DNA of 20,000 bases, taken from the IMG/VR virus record IMGVR_UViG_3300008625_000009; one strand, 5' to 3'. Source of the DNA: an uncultured virus (IMG/VR IMGVR_UViG_3300008625_000009) (lineage: Duplodnaviria > Heunggongvirae > Uroviricota > Caudoviricetes). The translations under genes were made by a program, and so were the position numbers. Shown piece by piece: positions 8,401 to 16,683 of this stretch. Each line of letters starts with the position of its first letter. Position 1 is the stretch's first letter. The notes beneath the pieces were generated by a model. The model made no database searches. It was not told where the DNA came from and saw only the letters and a program-made list of their open reading frames with translations.

Positions 8401-8744
8401 CCCGCTCTTCTACATCTTCCGCAATTGATAGAGTTAACGTTTCAAGACTCGTGTCTTACATGAGACGTCAACTAGATCTTATCGCAAAACCATTTATTTT
8501 CGAACCCAATGATGAATTAACCCGTAACGAAATTAAGGGTGTAATTGATTCATTTTGTAATGAACTATTGGCTAAGCGAGCAATTGGTGATTACTTGGTA
8601 GTATGTGATGAAACTAATAACACCCCGGCTAGAATTGATCGTAACGAATTATACGTTGACGTAGCAATTGAGCCAATTAAGGCGTTAGAGTTCATTTATA
8701 TTCCAGTAAGATTGAAGAATACAGGAGAAATCGCGGCTCTATAG
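5487..8744 (+). CDS. gp18: contractile tail sheath protein with large insertions
   Basis: 1085 aa. MALVSPGVEVTVTNES N-terminus; C-terminal YPWFAAAGTNRG, INPL, DRVNVSRL, FIFEPNDELTR and VVCDETNNTPARIDRNELYVDVAIEPIKALEFIYI are typical of sheath proteins. Confidence 0.96.
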   Translation: MALVSPGVEVTVTNESAYVTSDPGTVPLILVATAQNKLQASGSGTASGTTAANAGKVQLLTSQLELATTYGTPTFYSSTSGTMLHGYELNEYGLHAAYSYLGIANRAYVLRADIDLSKLTGSATAPTGTPVNGTHWLNLTNTVWGLHVWNATTDTFTYTIPKICATEHTGSPSYIPNASFGSIGDYAIVTATTNNAVYYKNSSNTWVAVGSGTATDSPHSEATRNASWASSFPAISVTPSAVNIGDAFSINGTTITFTGTGVADIVNNINTTFDGLATARKGVQAYNNSGVLEIYIIGSSAAGGSADRSAIFANVSGTALADMGITADTYFGPLMSEASYTSPPPWTPGAANEAPTGSMWVKLDGNLGGSNGNNIKFRVYSSTTGLWEAKAPSVYDSITVATTSLGGTDPRTITVGSIMVDTDVDSVDEVTFKPYRRKSAGELVVTGTNTSPTFTSTETFTINGTTVTLTGTTATAFVTAVSAAGITDVSAKIETSGAVSLIHAKGGDLVLRDTSGTPLTGVADASISASLSNVYTLPNGDLIGTNWEELTYEASLTTPTTDPAEGDLWYDTTLVADIMVHDGTTWKGYQNVSTDYRGYDLSVTDPAGPIFAAAEPLTQSDETALVNGDIWVNTSDLDNYPKIYRRQGGEWILIDTTDQTSSNGVLFADARWQTAAAAKVSGTGAGTASSIADLLSDDFLDPDAPDPASYPRGMLLWNTRRSGYTVKEYKKDFVTTSKYSSGNPRMSSESVATYYPDRWTNKSGTKSNGTLYAGRKAQRAVVVAAMKSAVDANTDIREEQRQFNLLAAPGYPELLSNMTTLNVDRKETAHVIGDTPFRLADNSAKIQVWSKNSNAAEDNGEDGLVTNNEYMSVYYPSGLSNDLAGNKIVVPASHMILRTFAYNDSVGYPWFAAAGTNRGKISNATAIGYIDGSGEFNSIAVREGLRDVLYTDNINPLTFINGSGLMNFGNKTRSSTSSAIDRVNVSRLVSYMRRQLDLIAKPFIFEPNDELTRNEIKGVIDSFCNELLAKRAIGDYLVVCDETNNTPARIDRNELYVDVAIEPIKALEFIYIPVRLKNTGEIAAL

Positions 8745-8757
8745 AGTTTAAACAATG

Positions 8758-8785
8758 ATTAGGGGTGGCAAAAACCACCCCTAAT
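8758..8785 (+). terminator. 11-bp stem-loop between sheath and tube genes (terminator or RNA-stability element)
   Basis: ATTAGGGGTGG-CAAAAA-CCACCCCTAAT. No U-tract follows. Confidence 0.6.
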
Positions 8786-8792
8786 ACATAGA

Positions 8793-8798
8793 TAAATA
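8793..8798 (+). promoter_or_regulatory. late promoter TAAATA for the tail tube gene
   Basis: GATAAATA, then SD AGGAG at 8807-8811 and ATG at 8818. Confidence 0.65.
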
Positions 8799-8817
8799 AA
8801 AGAAATAGGAGAATAAT

Positions 8818-9426
8818 ATGTCCGTAGCGTCATTAACAAAATTCACAGTTCCAATTAGTGGAGCCGGATCTCAAGGTACTTTGATGCCGAAATTGAAATA
8901 TCGCTTTAGAGCGATAATGGAAAACTTTGGCGTTACTACTCCGAGATCAGAAATCACAAAGAATGTAATGGATATTACTCGACCAACAGCATCCTTTGAG
9001 AATCAAATTATAGATGTTTACAACTCAAGAATTAATGTTCTTGGTAAACATACATGGGAACCAGTTACAATTAATCTACGTGATGATGTAAACGGTGAGA
9101 TGACTCGCCGAGTAGGTGAACAAATGCAGAAGCAGTTCGACTTCTTCGAGCAAATGAGTTCAGTATCTGGTATTGATTACAAGTTTACACTAAAGTACGA
9201 AGTACTTGACGGTGGTAACGGTGCGACAGCCCCGGGTGTTCTAGAAACATGGGAATTGTACGGTTGCTATATTGAAAACGTAAATTATAATGACTTGACT
9301 TATACAGCAAGTGACCCAGCAACAATTACAATGTCAATTAGATATGATAACGCATTGAACACACCGATTGGTAATGGTGTTGGTGCGCCCGTATCAAGAG
9401 GAGCAGGTTCAGTAGCGACAGGCTAA
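8818..9426 (+). CDS. gp19: tail tube protein
   Basis: 202 aa, directly after the sheath gene. Motifs PKLKYRFR, GKHTWEPVTINLRDD, LETWELYGCY and ITMSIRYD. Confidence 0.9.
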   Translation: MSVASLTKFTVPISGAGSQGTLMPKLKYRFRAIMENFGVTTPRSEITKNVMDITRPTASFENQIIDVYNSRINVLGKHTWEPVTINLRDDVNGEMTRRVGEQMQKQFDFFEQMSSVSGIDYKFTLKYEVLDGGNGATAPGVLETWELYGCYIENVNYNDLTYTASDPATITMSIRYDNALNTPIGNGVGAPVSRGAGSVATG

Positions 9427-9430
9427 TTTA

Positions 9431-10441
9431 ATGGCATCGTATCTTAACAATTATTTGCGTGGTATTGGGGCCGGCGGTTTTATGAAGGACTACCGCCACG
9501 CAAGTAACCTTTACACACATTCTAATTACAGACTTTCACCTAAGTTTAGATTTTTATATCATTGTGTTTTTATTTTAGATAGTTCTGCAAAGACATTAAA
9601 TTATCAAGACAATGAAGTAGGCTTTATGGTAAAGTCTGTTGATCTACCAGGTGTTAGTTTTGATGTAGAGGAACTTAAACAATACAATAGAAAGTCTTTT
9701 AATTATACAGGTGTTGCGTATAACGGTGTAAACATCGTATTTCATGATGATAACGCAAATAATGTTAGAAACTTTCTTTCAAATGTTTATAACCACTACA
9801 CTTCTGACGGGAATAAGGCCGATGGTGAATATGGTATTAGAACATCAGGATTAAAAGACACCTATCAGGAAGCAAGTTCAAGTGCATTATTGAGTTGGGG
9901 TTTAGATTCTAACTTTACTTTGCAAGGAACAAATTTAATTAAAGAAATACAAATATATTCTTTATCAAAAGGAATAGGAAGTAGATATAGTTTAAAAAAT
10001 CCTATCGTAACCCAATTCTCTCATGGGTCCCATGATCAATCAGACGGCTCTGGTCCCAAGGAAAGTAATATTGCTATAAGTTATGATGCGTATACATATG
10101 CAGATATCCCCGTGGCACAGATTCCAAATTTTGGGGCTGCTGGTTATGACAGACTTCCAGGATCCACTGCAGACGGACTTGGAGCAAGCAGTGAATCAAT
10201 AATATCAGGGTTGCGTGGAGTATTAGATTCTATTCCTGATAAAAATCCATATGATATATTAAATACAGCAGTACAAACCGCGGCACAAATTGAAGCATTT
10301 GATAGTCAGAATTTAATACAATCTGCATTTGGGTCTTCTTTGCCGTCTACAATAGAGCAGGTTGTTAAAAACGCATCACACGCATTTCCTACTGCCACCG
10401 TTAGAAAAGCACAGGAAATAATTAAAGGAATTAAAGGTTAA
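9431..10441 (+). CDS. tail-tube-fold paralog (gp19/gp48/gp54-like tube initiator or baseplate-tube junction protein)
   Basis: 336 aa. PKFRFLY, VKSVDLPGVSFDVEELKQYNRK, VNIVFHDD, YSLKNPIVT and IAISYD parallel the gp19 motifs in the same order. Confidence 0.7.
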   Translation: MASYLNNYLRGIGAGGFMKDYRHASNLYTHSNYRLSPKFRFLYHCVFILDSSAKTLNYQDNEVGFMVKSVDLPGVSFDVEELKQYNRKSFNYTGVAYNGVNIVFHDDNANNVRNFLSNVYNHYTSDGNKADGEYGIRTSGLKDTYQEASSSALLSWGLDSNFTLQGTNLIKEIQIYSLSKGIGSRYSLKNPIVTQFSHGSHDQSDGSGPKESNIAISYDAYTYADIPVAQIPNFGAAGYDRLPGSTADGLGASSESIISGLRGVLDSIPDKNPYDILNTAVQTAAQIEAFDSQNLIQSAFGSSLPSTIEQVVKNASHAFPTATVRKAQEIIKGIKG

Positions 10442-10446
10442 TAACA

Positions 10447-10854
10447 ATGCCTAATTATACAAATTATTATAAAAATACAGCACAACCTATAAATGAAACT
10501 AGTTCAGGCAAATTAAGTGTTGACGACAAAAGGCAAAAGTTCTTTAATAATTATTATACAAAAGTTCAATCAGTTGATCCGGCCCAATATGATATTGTTA
10601 TCGGTTTTTTAAAGGGAAGAGGTTATGAAGAATCTGTTCAAAGAAATTTATCAATTACATTAATGGAAATCGCTGTAGAACAGGATGTAAATATAGTAGA
10701 TTTAATAAATCAACTTGAAGAAGTAAAAGATTCTATAAAATTAAATACTCTTCTATGCATATTATGTAATACTACAAGAAATAGAACAAGTGTGTTAGGT
10801 TTTAAAAAAGATGGCTCAATAAATAGTACAGTAAAAAGAACAATACTGGCTTAA
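10447..10854 (+). CDS. hypothetical protein in the tail operon
   Basis: 135-aa ORF tightly packed between its neighbours. No motif recognised. Confidence 0.75.
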   Translation: MPNYTNYYKNTAQPINETSSGKLSVDDKRQKFFNNYYTKVQSVDPAQYDIVIGFLKGRGYEESVQRNLSITLMEIAVEQDVNIVDLINQLEEVKDSIKLNTLLCILCNTTRNRTSVLGFKKDGSINSTVKRTILA

Positions 10855-10857
10855 ATT

Positions 10858-11292
10858 ATGGCAAAATATGCCCAAGGGAAATTCATTCCCAAAAATAATA
10901 AAAAATATGTAGGAAAAGGTTCACCAACTTATAGAAGTGGTTGGGAGTTTGCCTTTATGAAATTCTGTGACAACCACCCGTCAGTAACTGAATGGGCAAG
11001 CGAACCAATGAAGATTCCATATCGTAATCCTTTAACAGGCAGACAAACTGTTTATGTTCCAGATTTTTTAATCATATACGAAGGCAAAAGCGGAAGACGC
11101 GCAGAATTAATAGAAATAAAACCCAAAAGCCAAACATTGAAAGAACGCGCCGGCCGTAGTAAATATAATCAAGCAAGTGTCGCAGTTAACCATGCAAAAT
11201 GGGAAGCAGCCTATAAATGGTGTCAACGACAAGGCATACAATTTCGTATCGTAACAGAGGATGATATTTTTCATCAAGGCCGCAAACGCTAA
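10858..11292 (+). CDS. gp4: head completion nuclease (T4 gp4, TnsA-like PD-(D/E)xK)
   Basis: GKFIPKNNKKYVG, YRSGWEFAFMKFCD, WASE..IPY, YVPDF, IEIKP, VNHAKWEAA and FRIVTEDDI. Confidence 0.92.
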   Translation: MAKYAQGKFIPKNNKKYVGKGSPTYRSGWEFAFMKFCDNHPSVTEWASEPMKIPYRNPLTGRQTVYVPDFLIIYEGKSGRRAELIEIKPKSQTLKERAGRSKYNQASVAVNHAKWEAAYKWCQRQGIQFRIVTEDDIFHQGRKR

Positions 11293-11298
11293 TAAGTA
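11293..11298 (+). promoter_or_regulatory. variant late promoter TAAGTA, 5 nt before the GTG of the enzyme cassette
   Basis: AATAAGTA-atagt-GTG has the same spacing as the TAAATA sites. Confidence 0.5.
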
Positions 11299-11303
11299 AT
11301 AGT

Positions 11304-12032
11304 GTGTCCTTCAATAGTTTTAAATATATTTTTGTCTGCTATCCACACGGCGGCGGCGGCGAATTTTTATCATACATTATAAGCAAAGCAGAAGAATGTA
11401 ATACATTAGTGCGACGAAAAGTTGGCAATCGTACAAAAGTACATGACATTTTTAATCAGCATATGCTTAGAATGGATTTTAGTATTGATCGTTGTTTTAA
11501 TGATTACGGTGATAATGGCGATTTGACTGGAATAGATGACAGCAAGTATGTTGTAGTTCCTACACATTACAGGGAAGATGCCGTAGGACAATATTTTAAG
11601 AATTATAAGTTTGTAAACATTTTATATCCGAGAACAGAAGAAGGCCACAAAAGAGTTTTGTGTAATATTAAAGATAAAGTTTGGATGCAGCCCCAACCTA
11701 CTCAGTTGGAATTCTTTGGTATGCTTCAGCAATTGGAAAAGGATGTAGGCAATAGAGATTGGTTTGTTAATACACACTTTTCAATGAACACAATTGACAT
11801 ACTTCTAGCATCTCAAGGAAAAGAACTAACTGATGAGAATAGAGAACAACTTGAAAATGATTGGAATAATGATTTACAAACAAAGCATAAGAAAAAAGAT
11901 AACAACTTGTGTATTGAATATGAAAATATTATTAATAGTTTAGAACAAATTGGAAAATACTTAGACATTACTATTACAGAAAAAATGCAAATAGAATTAC
12001 AAGAAAAAATACAAAATGATGAAAAAATATGA
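11304..12032 (+). CDS. P-loop / sulfotransferase-like protein
   Basis: 242 aa. N-terminal strand plus Gly-rich loop FVCYPHGGGGEFLSYII, central PTH, and C-terminal LCIEYENII resembling the sulfotransferase YEDL motif. The family call is tentative. Confidence 0.45.
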   Translation: MSFNSFKYIFVCYPHGGGGEFLSYIISKAEECNTLVRRKVGNRTKVHDIFNQHMLRMDFSIDRCFNDYGDNGDLTGIDDSKYVVVPTHYREDAVGQYFKNYKFVNILYPRTEEGHKRVLCNIKDKVWMQPQPTQLEFFGMLQQLEKDVGNRDWFVNTHFSMNTIDILLASQGKELTDENREQLENDWNNDLQTKHKKKDNNLCIEYENIINSLEQIGKYLDITITEKMQIELQEKIQNDEKI

Positions 12033-12903
12033 TCTAAATTATATTGATATAATGGTACAGTATGCATGTAGTTTATCTTGCAAGGGTTGTATTACGTTGT
12101 CTAATTATGATCGTAAAGGACATGTTTCTTGGAAGGAGGGCGAACAATGGTTAAGGGAGTGGAGTCTACGCATTAAACCAAAAGAAATCAATCTAATGGG
12201 AGGTGAACCACTACTAAACAAAGATTTCCAACAATGGTTATATGGCGTAAGGGAGTACTTTCCAAAATCTCGTATTAAGTTTATTACCAATGGATTCCAT
12301 TATAAGTCTCGTCCGGCGTTATACCAATGGTGTAAAGAAGTTAATAATGTATTAATACAAACTAGTTTACACTATCGCCCTCCTCCTGAGAAATATATAG
12401 ATAGTATTAAATTCTTTTTAAGTCAAACTGATTGGAAAATAGATGGCATACCGTTTGATCCGCCTGATAAACTTATTAAATTAATTGATAAGAATACTAA
12501 TATTAAATGGCATATGAACTTGTTTGGAGAATTTAGGCGTCCGTTCATGGGAGAAGGTGCGAATATATATCCAGCAAATAACGACAATTATATAGGAGCA
12601 CATAGAGTATGTGGATCACCAAATTCTCCAACAATATATAAAAATAAATTATATAAATGCCCTGCAATTGCTAACCTAGAAGATACATTAAGAGTTTTTG
12701 GTAAAGAGAACGAAGAACAATGGGCACCATACTTAAATACTGGATTAGACTATAATAGCGATTTAGATAAGTTTATAGGAAATATATATAAACCAGATCC
12801 AGTAGCATGTAGAGCATGTAGCAGTAATTCGCAAGAGATTGAATATGATCATTATGCACTCGGAAATGTTATTACAAGGAAAGAATATAATAAAATAAAA
12901 TGA
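12016..12903 (+). CDS. radical SAM enzyme with a C-terminal Cys (SPASM/twitch-like) region
   Basis: CSLSCKGC (CxxxCxxC), LMGGEPLL, FITNG, and C-terminal VC...KLYKC...CRAC. Confidence 0.92.
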   Translation: MMKKYDLNYIDIMVQYACSLSCKGCITLSNYDRKGHVSWKEGEQWLREWSLRIKPKEINLMGGEPLLNKDFQQWLYGVREYFPKSRIKFITNGFHYKSRPALYQWCKEVNNVLIQTSLHYRPPPEKYIDSIKFFLSQTDWKIDGIPFDPPDKLIKLIDKNTNIKWHMNLFGEFRRPFMGEGANIYPANNDNYIGAHRVCGSPNSPTIYKNKLYKCPAIANLEDTLRVFGKENEEQWAPYLNTGLDYNSDLDKFIGNIYKPDPVACRACSSNSQEIEYDHYALGNVITRKEYNKIK

Positions 12904-13703
12904 GTAAATTAATCACAGCCGGCTGTGGTATTAGCCAGCGAGACTTTAAACATTATCCAATTTGGGTACACTTTCCCACACTTACGCACAAATTAAAACA
13001 CATTTCTATTGGCGGCCCAGCAGTGGGCAATGAGTATATTGGCCGCACTTGCAAAAAACATATATTAGAAAACTTAGATGTTGAAGCAGTTATTATACAA
13101 TGGACTAGTATTGGTAAACTTGATTTATTTGTAGAGAACGAAGAAATACTTTCTCAAATAAAAGACTTTAATTTACGAAATTTTATTGTCGATATGGATG
13201 CTAATGTCGTCGATGGAAGAGGTTTTTGGGCGAGCAGTAGCAGTGATGATAACGTAATTAAAGAAGTTTACAACGATGTTTTTAAATCTAATATATATGA
13301 GCACATGAAAGATCTAGAGCAAATATTAGATATACAAACATTGTGTGAGTTGCATGGAATTCCATATTATTTTTTCTTTGGCTATGCTTTTAATTTTGAT
13401 TTTATAAAAGAGACACCTGAATTACAGCATTTATATTATAATATAAATTGGAATAAGTTTATAACGCCAAAACCAATATATGAAATTTATAAAGAAAGTG
13501 AAGAGTTTGAATTAGACGTATTTGATAAAGATGCAAGATATATGTCACCCAACAGTGCGTTTCAAATTGATTTTTATGTTAAATATATAATACCAATATT
13601 AAATGACTATTTTACTACTATAAATTTTGATATCGAACGATTACAAAAACATAGCATTAAATTGGCACAAAATTTAAGAAAATTATATGGAAATATGGAA
13701 TAA
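12900..13703 (+). CDS. SGNH/GDSL-hydrolase-like protein (catalytic Ser apparently replaced)
   Basis: LITAGCGIS (usually GxS), ISIGGPAVGNEYI, VIIQWTSIGK and a C-terminal MSPN where HP is usual. It overlaps the upstream gene by ATGA. Confidence 0.55.
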   Translation: MSKLITAGCGISQRDFKHYPIWVHFPTLTHKLKHISIGGPAVGNEYIGRTCKKHILENLDVEAVIIQWTSIGKLDLFVENEEILSQIKDFNLRNFIVDMDANVVDGRGFWASSSSDDNVIKEVYNDVFKSNIYEHMKDLEQILDIQTLCELHGIPYYFFFGYAFNFDFIKETPELQHLYYNINWNKFITPKPIYEIYKESEEFELDVFDKDARYMSPNSAFQIDFYVKYIIPILNDYFTTINFDIERLQKHSIKLAQNLRKLYGNME

Positions 13704-14640
13704 AATAACAATTGTTCATGTAGAGCCAACAACCAAATGTAATGCTAGTTGCCCAGGATGTCCGCGCAATAATAATGGATATGGACTTAAAGACAATTTT
13801 GAATTAATTGATCTTGATCTAGATTTTTTTATTGATTTTGTTAATAAATGTAATATATTAAAAAATATTCATTTATGTGGAAATCGAGGAGACCCTGCAG
13901 CCTATAAGCATCTTAAAGATCTTTTAAGATTGGTATCATTCGATAACAGAGAATTTTTTGTTTCAATGCACACAAGCGGTAGTTTAAGATCTACGACTTG
14001 GTGGGCCGATTTAGGAAGTTATAAAAGCAATCAACTTGAAGTTACTTTCTCAATTGATGGACTAGAGGATACAAATCATATCTATAGACAAGGCACAAAT
14101 TTTAATAAAATAATAGATAATGCAAAGGCATATATCGACGCCGGCGGCCACGCGGTGTGGAAATTTTTAACGTTTAAACATAACCAGCACCAAGTTGAAG
14201 AGGCAAGGGAATTGTCTCATAAATTAGGGTTTTCAGAATTTTATACAGAATTGCCCTATGTGCCAGAGGCATTTCATTGGAAAACTAATGAAAGATATTT
14301 ATTAGAGTTTCCTGATGAAGATAATAATTCATATGACTCAGTAAAGACTCAAGTATTCGAAAACACAGCAATTTCAAATGAAGTAGATAAAAAAGCCTAT
14401 TTAGATAAGATTATTTCCAATAATTATGTCGATCCAAATGTTTGTGATCATTTACAGTGCTCTGACGATGATGAGCATTATCAACTTTTTATAAGCGCAG
14501 ATGGCGTAATTCATCCTTGCTGTTTTTGGGAAGATGAAAGAAAAGAAGTTTATGATATTGAAACTTTAAACATAGCAAAAGAATTTTCCCAAGGATTGTA
14601 TCGAAAGACATGTTTAGAAGTATGCGGAGTGATTAAATAA
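13687..14640 (+). CDS. radical SAM enzyme with a C-terminal Cys (SPASM/twitch-like) region
   Basis: CNASCPGC, LCGNRGDP, MHTSG, FSIDG, YRQG, FKHNQHQVEEA, ISADGVIHPCC and TCLEVC. Confidence 0.92.
   Translation: MEIWNKITIVHVEPTTKCNASCPGCPRNNNGYGLKDNFELIDLDLDFFIDFVNKCNILKNIHLCGNRGDPAAYKHLKDLLRLVSFDNREFFVSMHTSGSLRSTTWWADLGSYKSNQLEVTFSIDGLEDTNHIYRQGTNFNKIIDNAKAYIDAGGHAVWKFLTFKHNQHQVEEARELSHKLGFSEFYTELPYVPEAFHWKTNERYLLEFPDEDNNSYDSVKTQVFENTAISNEVDKKAYLDKIISNNYVDPNVCDHLQCSDDDEHYQLFISADGVIHPCCFWEDERKEVYDIETLNIAKEFSQGLYRKTCLEVCGVIK
14634..14639 (+). promoter_or_regulatory. late promoter TAAATA, 5 nt before the small terminase ATG
   Basis: ATTAAATA-acgtt-ATG overlaps the stop codon of the radical SAM gene. 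No SD at a usable distance. Confidence 0.6.
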
Positions 14641-14644
14641 CGTT

Positions 14645-15136
14645 ATGACAAAAAAACTAGAAGAACTTTTTGATTTAGCACAATCAGAGCAAGAAGAAGA
14701 GAAGCCCTCGGACTTTAAACCCGAAGAAGCAACAAAACTACAGTCAGTATTAAGCGATGTAGATAAAATTGATAGTGCATTACCACTAGTTAGAGATTTA
14801 GAATCTAATGATAAAGAAATGGACAACATTGCTGAAAAGTCCATAACAACATTTAATGATCTAATGGATTTGGGCATGAATGTAGAAGCACGATACGCAG
14901 GTAAGATATTTGAAGTAGCAGGCACTATGATGAAGAACGCCATTGATGCTAAAGCCGCAAAAATTGATAAGAAATTGCGTATGGTTGAATTGCAAATTAA
15001 GAAGCAACGTGTAGATCAACAAGAAAGGGATGTTGGCGGACTAGAAATAGAAGCAGAAGCAACTATTGTAGCAGATCGCAACGAACTAATTAAGCAAATC
15101 CTAGATCAAAATAAAGACAGCAAAGATAAAAAATAG
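14645..15136 (+). CDS. gp16: probable terminase small subunit (T4 gp16-like)
   Basis: 163 aa, predicted helical. ARYAGKIFEVAGTMMKNAIDAK resembles the gp16-family PRAYEVAGQLIK motif, and the C-terminus is IVADRNELIKQI. It lies upstream of the large terminase. Confidence 0.65.
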   Translation: MTKKLEELFDLAQSEQEEEKPSDFKPEEATKLQSVLSDVDKIDSALPLVRDLESNDKEMDNIAEKSITTFNDLMDLGMNVEARYAGKIFEVAGTMMKNAIDAKAAKIDKKLRMVELQIKKQRVDQQERDVGGLEIEAEATIVADRNELIKQILDQNKDSKDKK

Positions 15137-15143
15137 TGTGATT

Positions 15144-15157
15144 TAAATAAATAAGTA
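15144..15157 (+). promoter_or_regulatory. late promoter cluster TAAATAAATAAGTA
   Basis: Overlapping TAAATA (15144, 15148) and TAAGTA (15152) upstream of the ATG at 15183. Confidence 0.6.
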
Positions 15158-15182
15158 ATATAAAACTTAAAAGAGTACCCTT

Positions 15183-15785
15183 ATGAAAAGTTTAAAACAA
15201 TACATTACAGAAGCAAAAACAGATTATCCTTTTAGATTGAAGTTTGCTGTAGATATTACAGACGAACACTTAGATCGCCTAGAAGGATGTTTGAATAGAT
15301 ACGGCGTTAAAAGCGTATCTAAAGCAAACAAAACAATTATGCAAAAACATCCAATGGATTTTGGTAATTTAGGAGCTGGTGAAATTTATATTGTAGATAT
15401 TGTATTAGAATATCCTACTACTCCCAACGTATTACAAAATTATATTCATAGCATGTTAGGAATTCCTGAAAGTCATATTGTTGTTCGTAGTCCAGATCAT
15501 CCAGAAGAAGTTCAAAATGACAAAGACCAAAAGGAACTAGACGAAAAGGATCCAGATGCTAAACCAGAATCACTATTAGATAGTGATTATCCAGAATCAG
15601 AAGGCGACTTACCTGCTGGACAAGAACACACAGATAAGATGCTTGCAGATGAAGATGAAAAACGCAAAGGTAGATTGTTTGATATGGTTAATTTTGCAAA
15701 AGATCCAAGTAGTGAAATTGAGCACGAGCCGGACGAATTTTTGAAAGCACCGATGGGTACTACATCACCAGTAGGAACTAATTAA
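15183..15785 (+). CDS. hypothetical acidic protein, candidate internal head protein
   Basis: 200 aa. N-terminus MKSLKQYITEA resembles the T4 capsid-targeting sequence MKTYQEFIAE. The C-terminal half is acidic. Confidence 0.8.
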   Translation: MKSLKQYITEAKTDYPFRLKFAVDITDEHLDRLEGCLNRYGVKSVSKANKTIMQKHPMDFGNLGAGEIYIVDIVLEYPTTPNVLQNYIHSMLGIPESHIVVRSPDHPEEVQNDKDQKELDEKDPDAKPESLLDSDYPESEGDLPAGQEHTDKMLADEDEKRKGRLFDMVNFAKDPSSEIEHEPDEFLKAPMGTTSPVGTN

Positions 15786-15786
15786 A

Positions 15787-16683
15787 ATGGAAACAAAATA
15801 TAACCTAAATATTACAACATCTGGAGAGAACGGTGATAACGCAACAACATCAATTTCTACTACAGATGCAAACAAACTAGCAGAGTTGCTAAATTTAGCA
15901 GGCATGAGCCAATCTCATCCTGTAGCATTAAATGTAAGTCCTGAAGAAGAGTATGATGCTCCATGCCCAGACTGTGGTGATTCACCATGTGGTTGCGGTA
16001 TGACAGAAGGCGAAAGTTGGGATAATGAGCCAGAAGCAACAGTTCATTCACCAGAAGAAGTTTTTAAAGTAGGTGACGACTTGCATAGGGTAAAGAAAAG
16101 TTATCCTCCAGTAGCAGGCGGTGACAATCCAATGGCATTGGAATCTGCAGAAAATAAATTACGCAATGCGTATGACGAGTTTATTGCTGAAAGTGAAGAA
16201 GAAGCTGAGGAAGTTGAAGAGGCAATTAGAGTCAAATACCGCACAAAGAAAGAAGTTCCTCACCGTGCTAGAAAACCTTTAGAAAAAGAAGAGGTAGAAG
16301 AAGAAGTAGAAGAAGTTCATGAAACACCCGCTGGATGGGCCAAAAGTAAAGAAATAGATAACATGGAGTTTCCTACTAAAGGTGTAAAACCGGGTTGGAA
16401 AGAAGATGCAATCAAAGCCGCAATAAAAGTAGTACACGATATGGCAGGCGATTACGATGGTGCGTGGGCTGCAATTAAAGATGCTTATGGTGAAGATGTT
16501 TTAAATGATGATGCTGTACAAGATGCATTATATAAAGCAAATGTAGAAGAAGATGTTAATCGTATTAGACAACTAGCAGGTTTGGATGAAGCCGCAGGAA
16601 AACGGAAAAAGCCTGAAGAGGCAAAAAAAGCACCAGAAAAGAAAGACGACGGTAAAGGAAAAACCTGGGGTGTAGTAGCCTAA
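15787..16683 (+). CDS. hypothetical very acidic low-complexity protein, candidate prohead core/internal protein
   Basis: 298 aa with Glu-rich tracts, CPDCGDSPCGC, EFIAE, and the related motifs ELLNLAGM / RIRQLAGL. Confidence 0.8.
   Translation: METKYNLNITTSGENGDNATTSISTTDANKLAELLNLAGMSQSHPVALNVSPEEEYDAPCPDCGDSPCGCGMTEGESWDNEPEATVHSPEEVFKVGDDLHRVKKSYPPVAGGDNPMALESAENKLRNAYDEFIAESEEEAEEVEEAIRVKYRTKKEVPHRARKPLEKEEVEEEVEEVHETPAGWAKSKEIDNMEFPTKGVKPGWKEDAIKAAIKVVHDMAGDYDGAWAAIKDAYGEDVLNDDAVQDALYKANVEEDVNRIRQLAGLDEAAGKRKKPEEAKKAPEKKDDGKGKTWGVVA

Noticed and set aside
10858..11292. TnsA-like transposase indicating a Tn7 element
   Set aside because: Size, motifs and context match T4 gp4 head-completion nuclease, and no tnsB/tnsC or transposon ends are present.
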